Both the position numbers and the translations under genes were made by a program. From positions 21,805-85,804 of the forward strand of contig JBAYGS010000001.1 in NCBI GenBank assembly GCA_041666545.1: 64,000 nt of DNA, in the 5' to 3' direction. The DNA is from Minisyncoccota bacterium (lineage in GTDB: Bacteria > Patescibacteriota > Minisyncoccia > Phycocordibacterales > JBAYGS01). Every line of letters starts with the position of its first letter. Positions within the stretch are counted from its first letter, which is position 1. Under the pieces are notes generated by a model that saw only the letters and a list, made by a program, of their open reading frames with translations, did no database searches and was not told the DNA's origin. Positions 34,901 through 44,751 of the stretch are shown here, piece after piece.

Positions 34901-35800
34901 ATGAGCATTGAGGCTACTAAATTCACCCCGCGGGCTCAAAAAGTCATCGCGCAGGCCATGTCGGAGGCGAGTAATCTTGGACAGGACTGCGTGGGGACGG
35001 AGCACCTGCTTCTGGGATTGATTGCTGTGCGTGATAACACCGCCTGCGAAATTCTGAAAAAGTTAGGGGTTGTACTCGGCGAACTATATTCCCACACTTT
35101 CGAGCATATTGGCCACGGACCAGATGATAAGGTGGTCACGGCTACCGTTTTTGCTCCCCGGGTCTTAATGGTTTTTAAATTGGCCGAGACTGAAGCCAAG
35201 AGTCTGGGTCAGGAATTTGTCGGTACGGAGCATTTGCTTTTGGCCCTGGTGGCCGAAAGTGACTGTGTTGCGGCTCGGATGCTGAAAAAATTCAGCATTG
35301 CCCATGCTGAAGATATTCGCAAGGTCATTCAGTCTAGTCCTCAACCCCAATCGGTGACGGCGGGAGATTTGCAAACTTTTCAGGCCAAGGATATCGGCGA
35401 CTTGGCGTATTCTGCCCTGAAAATCTTGGACTTGCCTGAAGATTCGTTCATCCGACTCTCTGGTCTAGCCAATAAATCTTTTTCTGATTTGTGCAACGAG
35501 ATTTTCCGACTCTTGGTCGTGCACGGTTCGCTTATTCACGCGATTTACCACGAGCGGCTGAAATTGCTCTTGTCTAAGTTGATTTCGTCTGCGCCGAATA
35601 CTGATCGGATTGAGAAATGCATCCGTGCTCTCGTGGCAATTTTGGGTGCCGAAAAGGCTGCTCAAATGGCTGATATCGCTTTTGCCAAAGTGCGACCTGG
35701 TTCTGGCGAATATCAGCGGTGGGGCACCGCCTTGCAGTTGATTACCGGCAAACCCGTCCAGGTCAGCGTGAACTTTGTTTCCCAGTGGCCTCCGCCCTAG
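34901..35800 (+). CDS. Clp N-terminal-domain (Clp_N repeat) protein
   Basis: Two Clp_N repeats (..GQDCVGTEHLLLGLI.. and ..GQEFVGTEHLLLALV..). Unrelated C-terminal half shared with the downstream paralog. Own terminator at about 35817-35850. Confidence 0.7.
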   Translation: MSIEATKFTPRAQKVIAQAMSEASNLGQDCVGTEHLLLGLIAVRDNTACEILKKLGVVLGELYSHTFEHIGHGPDDKVVTATVFAPRVLMVFKLAETEAKSLGQEFVGTEHLLLALVAESDCVAARMLKKFSIAHAEDIRKVIQSSPQPQSVTAGDLQTFQAKDIGDLAYSALKILDLPEDSFIRLSGLANKSFSDLCNEIFRLLVVHGSLIHAIYHERLKLLLSKLISSAPNTDRIEKCIRALVAILGAEKAAQMADIAFAKVRPGSGEYQRWGTALQLITGKPVQVSVNFVSQWPPP

Positions 35801-35899
35801 GGTTTAGGGTTTTTCCAAGCCGCGCGCAACGCGCGGCTTTTATATTTGACAAATTCAGTTATCTATGGAGAATGAGTATAGGATAGTTGAAAGGTTATT

Positions 35900-36820
35900 A
35901 TGAGTGAAACTCCGTTTGACGGTATACAGTTTGCGCCACGAGCCCAGCAGGTATTGGCGTTGGCCCGCAAGGAAGCCGACAGGCTTAACCACAACTTTAT
36001 CGGGGCAGAGCATTTGATTTTGGGGATGGTGATTCTTGGTCAGTGCAAAGCCTGTAGCGTCCTTGGTAAGTTTGGTATTTCGCTCGACGCAATAAAGTTG
36101 GCTGTCCTTGCCGCAATCGGCACTGGACCGGATCAGAAAATTCCTGGCGGTGCGCCTTACACTCCACGATCAAAAAAGGTTATTCGGTTGGCAGAGAAGG
36201 AGGCCAGGCGTCTTGATCACAAACTTGTCGGAACCGGGCATCTTCTCTTGGGAATTCTCCGAGAGGGCGAGGGGGTGGCGGCCAAGGTTTTAAAGGAACT
36301 CGGCCTTATTGATATCGAGAAGGTTCGGGTGGCAATTCTCGAGGAAGTCAGTCCGGGTTCGACTCCAGAAGAGCCGACTGTTGTGCCCCAAGCTGACGAA
36401 AAAGTTTTCTCCGCTTTGGCCGAGATCATTTTTCAGGTATTGAATACCCGTGAGGCCGCGACAGAGGTGTCATTCGACGGGCCGGAGAATGTTTTGCTCG
36501 GCCTTAAGGCTACGGCCTTGCAACTGCTGGCGGAGAATCAATTTCCGAGCCAATTCCACCAAAGGCTGCTTGTTGGTTTGTCGATGGCGATTACCGGGGC
36601 GAGGGATTTGAATCGCCTTGAATTGTGTAGCAACGCCATGAAAAACCTTATCGGTAAGGATCGCGTTCAAGAGTTTGTGAACCGTTGCATAGCTTCAGCC
36701 GAACCAGGTTCAACACTCTATCGGAACTTGGGTACGGTCGCCCAGCTGTCGGTTGGCAGGCCTGTAGCAATTACGACTACCACTGACTTTGTGGCCACAT
36801 GGAGGAAGAAGGCCAGCTAG
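35900..36820 (+). CDS. Clp N-terminal-domain protein, paralog of 34901..35800
   Basis: Two Clp_N repeats (..NHNFIGAEHLILGMV.. and ..DHKLVGTGHLLLGIL..). C-terminus alignable with the upstream paralog (GTVAQLSVGRPVAITTTTDFVATW vs GTALQLITGKPVQVSVNFVSQW). Confidence 0.7.
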   Translation: MSETPFDGIQFAPRAQQVLALARKEADRLNHNFIGAEHLILGMVILGQCKACSVLGKFGISLDAIKLAVLAAIGTGPDQKIPGGAPYTPRSKKVIRLAEKEARRLDHKLVGTGHLLLGILREGEGVAAKVLKELGLIDIEKVRVAILEEVSPGSTPEEPTVVPQADEKVFSALAEIIFQVLNTREAATEVSFDGPENVLLGLKATALQLLAENQFPSQFHQRLLVGLSMAITGARDLNRLELCSNAMKNLIGKDRVQEFVNRCIASAEPGSTLYRNLGTVAQLSVGRPVAITTTTDFVATWRKKAS

Positions 36821-36944
36821 GTCCTAACTCGGATATTTCAAACCGCACTTAACCGTGCGGTTTTTTCTTATCTCCGCTCTGTTTCCTCCCATATACCATA
36901 TACCTAATACCATATACCAATTAGTGTGGATAACTCTGTTGTGA

Positions 36945-37067
36945 TGTGGGAAGAAGTGCTATATAATATTCATTAAGTGGGAAGAAGTGGGAATCGGCAA
37001 ACTGAACCAGTGCTGATTCCCTCAAACATTGGTTTCGAAAGAATATTTTGGAGACCAATGTTTGAGG
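36945..37067 (+). promoter_or_regulatory. mraZ promoter/leader with GTGGG direct repeats and an 11-bp inverted repeat
   Basis: GTGGGAAGAAGTG twice (36945-36958, 36977-36989), flanking TATAAT. A further GTGGG lies 10 bp on. Perfect inverted repeat caaacattggt/accaatgtttg at 37021-37067. MraZ is known to bind GTGGG-type direct repeats in its own promoter. Confidence 0.5.
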
Positions 37068-37131
37068 CAAAACAAAGTGGAGAGACCGCTTCGGTCAAAC
37101 GAAGTGGCATTAACACCTTAACCTAAATTCT

Positions 37132-37566
37132 ATGCTGATCGGAGAATACCTTCACAGTATCGACGAGAAGAATAGAATTTCGCTCCCTTCGAAATTTCGA
37201 GGGGAGTTGGGGAAAAAGGTGGTGATCACTCGCGGTCTTGATAATTGTCTTTTTCTTTATCCGCAAAAAGAGTGGCAGAAAATTTCCGGCAAGCTTTCCG
37301 AATTAGGCATGGGCCAGGCCGACTCCCGAGGTTTCAGTCGATTCATTTTTTCTGGTGCGATTGAAACTGCCGTTGATTCCATCGGCCGTATCCTGATTCC
37401 GGATTTTTTGAAGGATTTTGCCAAACTAAAAACCAAGGTTGTTTTTGCCGGTGTGGCCAGTCGAGTTGAAATCTGGGATGAAGGCATCTGGGACAACTAC
37501 AAAAAGCGAATTGAGAAACAAGGTGATCTCTTGGCCGAGAAGTTGGGTGAAGTTGGAGCTTTCTAA
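37132..37566 (+). CDS. mraZ: transcriptional regulator MraZ
   Basis: Tandem SpoVT/AbrB-like halves (..DEKNRISLPSKFR.. and ..DSIGRILIPDFL..). Confidence 0.9.
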   Translation: MLIGEYLHSIDEKNRISLPSKFRGELGKKVVITRGLDNCLFLYPQKEWQKISGKLSELGMGQADSRGFSRFIFSGAIETAVDSIGRILIPDFLKDFAKLKTKVVFAGVASRVEIWDEGIWDNYKKRIEKQGDLLAEKLGEVGAF

Positions 37567-37578
37567 TTTGACGATCAA

Positions 37579-38478
37579 ATGGCAAACGTTCATATATCTG
37601 TTCTGACTGAAGAAGTCATCAATGGGCTCAATATTCACGAGGGTGATGTCATTCTCGACGGTACGCTTGGCGGGGCCGGACACAGCTTCGAAATCGCCAA
37701 ACGATTTCCGAAAGTAAAAATTATCGGTTTGGATTTAGACCAAGACGCACTATCACGGTCTGAAGGACGACTCAAAGAGGCCAAAGCGGACTTTGTTCTC
37801 TACCAGTCAAATTTTCGAGACCTGGACAGCGCGCTTGCAGCCCTTAACATTCCGTCGGTGGACAAAATTCTTTTAGATATCGGCCTTTCCTCAAATCAGT
37901 TTGAATCCTCCGGACGCGGCTTCAGTTTCCAAAAGAATGAGCCACTGCTCATGACTTTCAAAGCCGAGCCTGAAGAAGGAGATCTGACCGCCGCTAAGAT
38001 TGTAAACTCTTGGCCGGAAGCGGAGTTGGCCAAAGTGATTTACGAGTATGGCGAAGAAAGATATAGCCGACAGATTGCCAAAGCGATTGTTGAGGCGAGA
38101 AGGAGTCGGCCGATTATTACTACCTTGGATCTGGTTTCAGCCATCGAGAGTGCGGTTCCGAAATCTTACCGCCATGGCCGAATCAATCCGGCCACCAAAA
38201 CATTTCAAGCCTTGCGGATTGCCGTAAACGACGAACTGAATAATTTAAAACTTGGGCTTATCAAAGGTTTCGAAAAATTAATGACGGGAGGACGATTGGC
38301 GGTAATTTCCTTCCACAGTTTAGAAGACCGCATTGTTAAAAATTATTTTAAAGAGTTAGCCAAGGCCGAGAGGGGACTTCCAATCAGTAAAAAGCCGATT
38401 GTACCGACCGATGAGGAAATCAAAAATAACCCCAGATCTCGCAGTGCCAAACTCCGAATTATTGAGAAATTAATATGA
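37579..38478 (+). CDS. rsmH: 16S rRNA (cytosine1402-N4)-methyltransferase RsmH
   Basis: DGTLGGAGHS SAM-binding motif and RsmH/MraW family features; follows mraZ. Confidence 0.9.
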   Translation: MANVHISVLTEEVINGLNIHEGDVILDGTLGGAGHSFEIAKRFPKVKIIGLDLDQDALSRSEGRLKEAKADFVLYQSNFRDLDSALAALNIPSVDKILLDIGLSSNQFESSGRGFSFQKNEPLLMTFKAEPEEGDLTAAKIVNSWPEAELAKVIYEYGEERYSRQIAKAIVEARRSRPIITTLDLVSAIESAVPKSYRHGRINPATKTFQALRIAVNDELNNLKLGLIKGFEKLMTGGRLAVISFHSLEDRIVKNYFKELAKAERGLPISKKPIVPTDEEIKNNPRSRSAKLRIIEKLI

Positions 38479-38795
38479 GAACTTACGCAATTCATCGTGA
38501 TATTTTAATAAGGGATTTAATCTGGGTTTTGGGTGCCGGCATCCTTAGCCTGCTTTTAATTTACGGCTTTCTGGTCAATAATATGGTCAAAAGCGCAGTC
38601 GCCAGCGAGAAAATGAGCTCCCAGTTATCGGAGCTAAATGGGGAGGTCGCCGATTTGGAATCAAGATTTATCGCTCTAGATCAGACGGTCACGGTCGAGC
38701 TTGCCCAGAAACTCGGCTTTCAGAATGTCGACAGTGTCGCTTATGTGGCCAAAACCACCCTTGGCCGTGGGTTGTCGTTTGAGTCATCAATCTAA
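38475..38795 (+). CDS. ftsL: cell division protein FtsL-like
   Basis: Small bitopic protein (TM, then coiled coil) in the conserved position between rsmH and ftsI. Confidence 0.55.
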   Translation: MRTYAIHRDILIRDLIWVLGAGILSLLLIYGFLVNNMVKSAVASEKMSSQLSELNGEVADLESRFIALDQTVTVELAQKLGFQNVDSVAYVAKTTLGRGLSFESSI

Positions 38796-40510
38796 TGGGG
38801 GTTCCAACTAGCTCAAGGATTCGCTTAATATCAATATTGGTCATTTTGGTTGGAGGCTTGATTGCCGTGAAGCTCTATTTGGTGCAAGTTGTTTCCGGTG
38901 CAGACTTGGCGTCTCGCGCTGAAGGCCAATATGTGAAGCAGACCAACGACACCTTTGATCGTGGGTCAATTTTCTTTTCCGGCAAGGATGGCGGATTGAT
39001 TAGCGCTGCCACCCTGAAGTCCGGTTTTACGGCCTACTTTAATCCCAAGTTGATTGAGAATGCCGATGAGGTCTATCAAAAGATTTCGCCAATTATTGAA
39101 ATCGACCACGACACTTTTTTTACGAGCGCAGCTAGGAAGAGCGACCCTTACGAGGAGATTGCCAAGAAAATTTCTCAAGCGGATGTCACCAAGTTGGAGG
39201 CGTTGGGCATCCCAGGTCTGGGTTTTTATAAGGACAAGTGGCGTTTTTATCCTGGCAACAGCCTGGCTGCTCAGGAAATTGGATTCGTTGCTTATCAAGG
39301 AGACATTTTGGCTGGTCGCTATGGCCTGGAAAGATTTTATCAAGATAATCTGGTACGATCGCCGGATTCGACCTTCGTCAACTTTTTTGCCGAACTTTTT
39401 TCAAATTTGCGTGATACTTTTTTGCATAGCAAAAGCCTGGAGGGTGACATCGTCACAACAATCGAGCCGACTGTTCAGGCGACTCTTGAGCGTGAATTGA
39501 CAAATATCAAAACCGCTTGGAGCTCGAAGGAGGTTGGTGGAATTATTATCAATCCGAAGAACGGTGAGATTTACGCTCTGGGAATTAGTCCGACTTTTGA
39601 TCTGAATTATTTCTGGGCCGAAAGCGATGTTAATGTTTTTAGTAATCCTCTGGTCGAGAATGTCTACGAGATGGGCTCGATCATGAAACCGCTGACGCTG
39701 GCCGCCGGTTTGGACGCCGGCGTGATTACCGCCACCACCACCTATAATGATACCGGCTTTTTAATTTTAAATGGCCGGAAAATTCAAAATTTTGATGGTA
39801 AGGCGAGGGGGGTCGTGCCGATGCAGGAAGTCTTAAATCAATCGCTCAACATAGGAGCCACATTCGTTGCCCTGAAGCTTGGCAAGCAGGCCCTGCCACA
39901 TTACTTTGAAAGCTATGGCTTCGACGAGGAGACCGGGATTGATCTGCCCAACGAAACCGGCGGACTTATCGGCAATTTGACTGCCGGGGAGCCACAGGAC
40001 ATTTCACTGGCGACTGCCTCGTTTGGACAGGGAATTGCGCTTACGCCAATCGAAATTGTGCGTGCCCTTTCAGCTTTGGGAAACGGCGGAGTTTTGGTCA
40101 CGCCTCATCTCGTCAGGAAAATTAACTACAAAATTGGTTTTGACAAGACTCTAACCTTTGATCCGCCGAAGCAGGTTTTAAAGCGGGATACCTCCGAGAC
40201 CATTTCGCGGATGCTCGTTCAGGTTTTTGATAAGGCCCTGGGAGAGGGCAAGTATAAGATGGCACGCTACAGCATCGCCGCCAAAACTGGTACAGCCCAG
40301 ATTGCAAATCCGAACGGCGGAGGGTACTATGAAGACAAATACCTGCACTCGTTTTTTGGCTATTTTCCGGCCTTTGACCCGAAATTTCTGGTCTTTCTTT
40401 ATCAGCTTGAGCCACAAGGGGTAGAGTATGCTTCACAAACCTTGGCGGCGCCATTTTCCAAACTCGCCAAATTTTTAATCAGTTATTATGAAATCCCGCC
40501 AGATAGATAA
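38795..40510 (+). CDS. ftsI: peptidoglycan D,D-transpeptidase (PBP2/FtsI family)
   Basis: N-terminal TM and dimerisation domain. Transpeptidase motifs SIMKP (SxxK), SLN and KTGTAQ. Confidence 0.85.
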   Translation: MGVPTSSRIRLISILVILVGGLIAVKLYLVQVVSGADLASRAEGQYVKQTNDTFDRGSIFFSGKDGGLISAATLKSGFTAYFNPKLIENADEVYQKISPIIEIDHDTFFTSAARKSDPYEEIAKKISQADVTKLEALGIPGLGFYKDKWRFYPGNSLAAQEIGFVAYQGDILAGRYGLERFYQDNLVRSPDSTFVNFFAELFSNLRDTFLHSKSLEGDIVTTIEPTVQATLERELTNIKTAWSSKEVGGIIINPKNGEIYALGISPTFDLNYFWAESDVNVFSNPLVENVYEMGSIMKPLTLAAGLDAGVITATTTYNDTGFLILNGRKIQNFDGKARGVVPMQEVLNQSLNIGATFVALKLGKQALPHYFESYGFDEETGIDLPNETGGLIGNLTAGEPQDISLATASFGQGIALTPIEIVRALSALGNGGVLVTPHLVRKINYKIGFDKTLTFDPPKQVLKRDTSETISRMLVQVFDKALGEGKYKMARYSIAAKTGTAQIANPNGGGYYEDKYLHSFFGYFPAFDPKFLVFLYQLEPQGVEYASQTLAAPFSKLAKFLISYYEIPPDR

Positions 40511-40562
40511 ACGTCCGACGTTTATCTATCTGGAAATTCCAAACACCAAGAAGCAAATTCCA

Positions 40563-41861
40563 ATGAAGAATTTATTTAAACCGATTATTGTTGCCATTTT
40601 AACTTTTGAGGCCAAACTGGTTTTGGCTAAATTTCGTCCGAGGGTTGTCGCTTTGACCGGCAGTGTTGGCAAGACCTCCACCAAGGATGCGGTTTACAGT
40701 GTCTTGGCAAAAAAGTTTTTCGTGCGTCGCAGTGAAAAAAGTTTTAATAGTGAAATCGGAATTCCGCTCACGATTCTTGGCTTGCAAAATGCCTGGGCAA
40801 ATCCTTGGCTCTGGCTCTGGAATCTTTTGAGAGGCTTGGTGGTGATAATGAGTCGCAAGCCGTATCCGGAGTGGCTGGTTCTCGAGGTCGGTGCCGACCG
40901 ACCGGGTGATATCCAGAAGGTTGCCAAATGGCTGAAAACTGAAGTTGTGGTTTTTACCCGTTTTGGCAAAGTGCCGGTGCATATCGAATTCTTTAAATCT
41001 CGCGAGGAGTTGATTGCGGAGAAAATGTCTCTGCTCAGCTCGCTTAGCCGTGACGGAGTGATTATCGCGAACAGTGATGACGAAGATATCGTTAAAGCTA
41101 TCGAGAAGTCAGAAAATCGGGTGACAACTTTTGGTTTGACCGGGGATTCGAATGTTTCGGCCGCCAACATTAAAATTTGCTATGCCGGCTATGGTCGTTT
41201 TCAGTTTCCGAAGGGAATTTGCGGTGACTTAAAAGTTAACGCTAGGTCGTTTCCAATTAATGTCTCCGGTACAATCGGCACTCAACAGGCTTACCCGATT
41301 CTCGCCGCCGCGGCTGTCGGGGTTTCGCAAGGTCTGGAACTTTCAGAAATTGCTGAGGCGATTACCGACCACGAGAGCCCGCCTGGCCGAATGCGTCTGA
41401 TTTCTGGGATTAAGGAAACAATGATTATTGATGATAGTTATAATTCCTCGCCGGTCGCCGTCAAAAGTGCCCTCGAGACTTTGTTCGGCTTGGAGGTGGC
41501 CGGTCGAAAGATTGCCGTTCTGGGCGATATGCTCGAACTCGGAAGACACTCGGCGGACGAGCATCGTGAAATCGGAGCCATGACCAAGGATGCTGATCTG
41601 CTGATAACTGTCGGGGTAAGGGCAAGGGGATTCGCCGAGGGCGCGCTTTCCGCCGGTTTGAATGAGCGAAAAGTTTTACAATTTGAAGACTCAATTTCCG
41701 CTGCCAAGGAGATTCAAAATCTGCTCGCTCCCGGTGATGTTATTTTAGTAAAAGGCTCGCAAGGTGTGCGTATGGAAAAAATTGTTGAAGAAATTATGGC
41801 CGAGCCAGATAAACGGGCGGAGCTTTTGGTTAGGCAGGATGAGGAATGGGGAAAGCGTTAG
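40563..41861 (+). CDS. murF: UDP-N-acetylmuramoyl-tripeptide--D-alanyl-D-alanine ligase
   Basis: ALTGSVGKTSTKD P-loop plus the Mur ligase middle and C-terminal domains. The ORF opens at 40488, overlapping ftsI; ATG 40563 is preferred. Confidence 0.8.
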   Translation: MKNLFKPIIVAILTFEAKLVLAKFRPRVVALTGSVGKTSTKDAVYSVLAKKFFVRRSEKSFNSEIGIPLTILGLQNAWANPWLWLWNLLRGLVVIMSRKPYPEWLVLEVGADRPGDIQKVAKWLKTEVVVFTRFGKVPVHIEFFKSREELIAEKMSLLSSLSRDGVIIANSDDEDIVKAIEKSENRVTTFGLTGDSNVSAANIKICYAGYGRFQFPKGICGDLKVNARSFPINVSGTIGTQQAYPILAAAAVGVSQGLELSEIAEAITDHESPPGRMRLISGIKETMIIDDSYNSSPVAVKSALETLFGLEVAGRKIAVLGDMLELGRHSADEHREIGAMTKDADLLITVGVRARGFAEGALSAGLNERKVLQFEDSISAAKEIQNLLAPGDVILVKGSQGVRMEKIVEEIMAEPDKRAELLVRQDEEWGKR

Positions 41862-41957
41862 TTTAAAAGTTTAGAAGCTGGAAGTTTAAAAGTTTGGAAA
41901 AATATTGGAACAATAAAAGCGCGGACAGGATGTCCGCGCTTGAGATTTGGATGCTGG

Positions 41958-42458
41958 CTAGGGGAGCAGAGACATACCTCGGTACCAGTGATACCCAAGG
42001 CAACACTCGGTGCGGGTATGAATCTCCTCCTGTCCGGAAAATTGCTGAAAACTATTCCGAAGGATTGTGTTTCGATAAACCCAGTTCGGGAATTCAGCCG
42101 AGTCAAATACGACTGGGCCTCGACCACCGTAAAATTTCCGTTCAATCATGTAGGCGCTGTAAAGAGCCGCTTTCAGGAAGGGTACTACATCCTCCTCAAA
42201 CCAGCCTCCGTAGTGCATGATCCAAACCGGGCACCTCCTGTGTGAGATTGTGGTGGTACCGGAACTCTTCTTGGAAATTGGTGTTGTGACCCACGAGTCA
42301 ATGACCAAGAGATCTCCAACAGCAATCGAAACGGTCTTGAGCCCGGGAATCTTGGGGGTGTGCTCCGGCGGAAGATTTTGAATATAACCCTTTGACATTG
42401 CTGAAAAAAAGGCGCTTTCAATCTCAGCTAAGGTGGGCAATCTGAAGGATTTTTTCAT
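41958..42458 (-). CDS. hypothetical protein
   Basis: 166-aa ORF. Bidirectional hairpin terminator at 41922-41945 downstream. No family recognised. Confidence 0.45.
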   Translation of the reverse strand: MKKSFRLPTLAEIESAFFSAMSKGYIQNLPPEHTPKIPGLKTVSIAVGDLLVIDSWVTTPISKKSSGTTTISHRRCPVWIMHYGGWFEEDVVPFLKAALYSAYMIERKFYGGRGPVVFDSAEFPNWVYRNTILRNSFQQFSGQEEIHTRTECCLGYHWYRGMSLLP

Positions 42459-42562
42459 TGATGCTCAGTGTTTTGAGGTTCCTGTTCTTTTGTGACATTA
42501 CCACAAAGGCACAAAAAAGCAAGCTTCTGTTACGGCTCAACAGTTTGGAACTACTTCAACCT

Positions 42563-42594
42563 CTATTCTAGTGTTTTGCAAAACACTAGAATAG
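42563..42594. promoter_or_regulatory. perfect 32-bp palindrome (candidate operator)
   Basis: ctattctagtgttttg|caaaacactagaatag read directly. Lies between convergent or divergent hypothetical genes, next to the terminator at 42617-42645. Confidence 0.5.
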
Positions 42595-42616
42595 AAATGG
42601 AGAGGCGAAAAGTTAA

Positions 42617-42645
42617 AAGCCGCGACCTTCCGAAGGTCGCGGCTT
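42617..42645 (-). terminator. intrinsic terminator for gene 42660..43787
   Basis: aagccgcgacc-ttccgaa-ggtcgcggctt with a T-run on the minus strand. Confidence 0.7.
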
Positions 42646-42659
42646 GATTCTGCAATTGC

Positions 42660-43787
42660 TCAGGTTCTAACTTGTGCGAGTATCTCCGCCATCGACAGAT
42701 TTTTACCTGAGCAAGCGGCGAACCAGCGGGCGATGATGGGCAGTAGTTGCCAGGAGTAGGATTTCACCTTGAGTAACATCTCCGTTCGGTCTAGGTATTT
42801 TGCCACAAGCCTCGGGAGTTTTTCTTGAGGTGGTACGGCATCATCAGCAGTCTTGACCTGTCTTGCCCCGGCTCCGCGCTGGCAGGCAATATGGTCATAC
42901 CAGCAACTATTGGCAGCGCGCCGTTTCAGTTCCTTGCTTTGGCGTCCAGATTTCGTTCCATGACTCTCGGAATGAACCTGACTCGTAGCCAAAATTCGAT
43001 CCAAGTCTGCCGTCTTCAGTCTGAACCGGCAGAGTTCGGCGATATCTCCAAAAAGTAAAATTGGAATCAAGCCGTCGGACTCCAGCCAGTGGAATTCGAT
43101 TGCCAAGATCAACCAGCCATACTTTTTGACAAACAATCTGAAGTCTAAGCAGTCGAGAGGGGCGACTTTGAAGGCCGATATTTTACGACTGAGCGCTCGA
43201 CGCTGGTCTTTGTTTAGACGCGCATCAACCTGGGCGAAGTTGTGAAGTGCCCTGGCAACCAGCGGTTGAACCGAATCGGAATGCTGGCCACCTCTTCCCA
43301 TGAATTCAAGCTGGGTGATGCAGACAATCTGGTACTGATTGAAGCCAAGAGCTTTCAGGGTTTGCGTGAGTAGGGCAATTCGGACACCAAGTTCCTGCTG
43401 TTCTAAATCACGAATATTGAGGCGCTCTTGGTTGGCAGGTTGAACTCCTTTCAATTTAGCCGGAAATTTTTCTCGGCCTTCAGCAATCCGGATTCGAGTG
43501 AGCAAATCGTCGATCACGACTGCTAATGGCCCATTGAGAACATCTGGCTGTTCTGCCCTGGGTAGCAACCTTCGTACCATGAGGTGCCACTCGTCTTTGA
43601 CGAAGCTTGAGTCATGTCGGCACGCAATCTTTGACATTCTCGCACTTCGCAAGCTTATCTTCGGATTTTTCAAGAAGAGTATTTCCGGGATTCCAATAAG
43701 ATTGAGCTCACCAACCAGAAGGTTGAATTGCAAATGGGTAAGCAGGTTTAAATTTATGACCTGTCCTTTGAGCGTTTGGTAGAACAT
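42660..43787 (-). CDS. hypothetical protein
   Basis: 375-aa ORF; no confident family assignment. Confidence 0.55.
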   Translation of the reverse strand: MFYQTLKGQVINLNLLTHLQFNLLVGELNLIGIPEILFLKNPKISLRSARMSKIACRHDSSFVKDEWHLMVRRLLPRAEQPDVLNGPLAVVIDDLLTRIRIAEGREKFPAKLKGVQPANQERLNIRDLEQQELGVRIALLTQTLKALGFNQYQIVCITQLEFMGRGGQHSDSVQPLVARALHNFAQVDARLNKDQRRALSRKISAFKVAPLDCLDFRLFVKKYGWLILAIEFHWLESDGLIPILLFGDIAELCRFRLKTADLDRILATSQVHSESHGTKSGRQSKELKRRAANSCWYDHIACQRGAGARQVKTADDAVPPQEKLPRLVAKYLDRTEMLLKVKSYSWQLLPIIARWFAACSGKNLSMAEILAQVRT

Positions 43788-44036
43788 ATGATCCTTTCAA
43801 TGAACTAAAACACCGCCGGTTAAAGGCGATGTATCAGGGAGATATTCCATAAACTAACTTAGGAGTTAGCGTATCGTTCCCGCACACGCGGGCTGGAATT
43901 GGCACCGTTTCCCAAGGGGAAGGGTTGCCGATGGAGATCGGGCCAGGCCCTTTACACTCCATACTCTTGATACACTTGGTGTCTACTACCTCCAGCCTAC
44001 GCCCAGGTCTCGAATTTGTCAAATCAGATATAAAAA

Positions 44037-44061
44037 GGCCCTTCGCGCTGCGCGAAGGGCC
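44037..44061. terminator. bidirectional intrinsic terminator
   Basis: ggcccttcgcg-ctg-cgcgaagggcc with T-runs on both strands. Confidence 0.7.
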
Positions 44062-44076
44062 TGTGATTTTTTGCGC

Positions 44077-44751
44077 CTACCAGACGGTGGTGTCCGGGGC
44101 GTCGCCAAGTATCTTATGGAGCCGCTCGGTCATGGTGCTCTTGCAACACCACGGCCAGGGTTCCTTCGCGAGTTCGGTGGCGAGCTTGTAGGCTGCCATG
44201 ACCCGCTCTTGGGCCAACTGAAGATCGGCCTGCGCCTTCCTTAGTTGTGTTTCAAGCGCCCGTTTGGTTGTCGTGGCCGCTCCGATCAGGCACTCGGCTT
44301 GGGTAAGCTCAACTTCGAGCTCGGCCCGCGATTTGCCGGATTGGGCACCTTCGAAGCTTTCCGTCGGGCGAATGGTGCCGGCTTTGATCATTCTGACTAG
44401 CGCCCAGGCCGACTCAAGCTTCTCTGCCTTGACCATCAGGAGGAAATTTTGGCGTCCTCCTGGGCCGTCATCGATTTCGACCTCGGCCTCGGCATCTTGG
44501 TGCCGGTAAATGCCACGTTCGCGCTTGGTACGTTCGGCTGCAATGCGGACATGCATGCTGACCCCGGCGACGAATTCATCAAGCGCCGGCGGGACGATGT
44601 CGGTGTCATTGAGCATGACATGCAGACGACCCTTGTCGTTGAAGATGCTCATGCCGTCAAAGCAGAGGAGTGTCGAGCCATCCGAGGTAGTTCTGACCTT
44701 AAACTGCGGGGACTGGCGAACACTTTCCTTGAGGTATACATTAACTGACAT
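44077..44751 (-). CDS. hypothetical protein (GC-rich)
   Basis: 224-aa ORF with AGAAAGG SD and a TTGACA-16-TATAAT promoter on the minus strand around 44800-44835. Confidence 0.6.
   Translation of the reverse strand: MSVNVYLKESVRQSPQFKVRTTSDGSTLLCFDGMSIFNDKGRLHVMLNDTDIVPPALDEFVAGVSMHVRIAAERTKRERGIYRHQDAEAEVEIDDGPGGRQNFLLMVKAEKLESAWALVRMIKAGTIRPTESFEGAQSGKSRAELEVELTQAECLIGAATTTKRALETQLRKAQADLQLAQERVMAAYKLATELAKEPWPWCCKSTMTERLHKILGDAPDTTVW

Noticed and set aside
40488-40562. N-terminal extension of murF from the ORF-track start
   Set aside because: It overlaps the end of ftsI and adds a hydrophilic 25-aa leader not seen in MurF. The downstream ATG 40563 gives a canonical MurF N-terminus.
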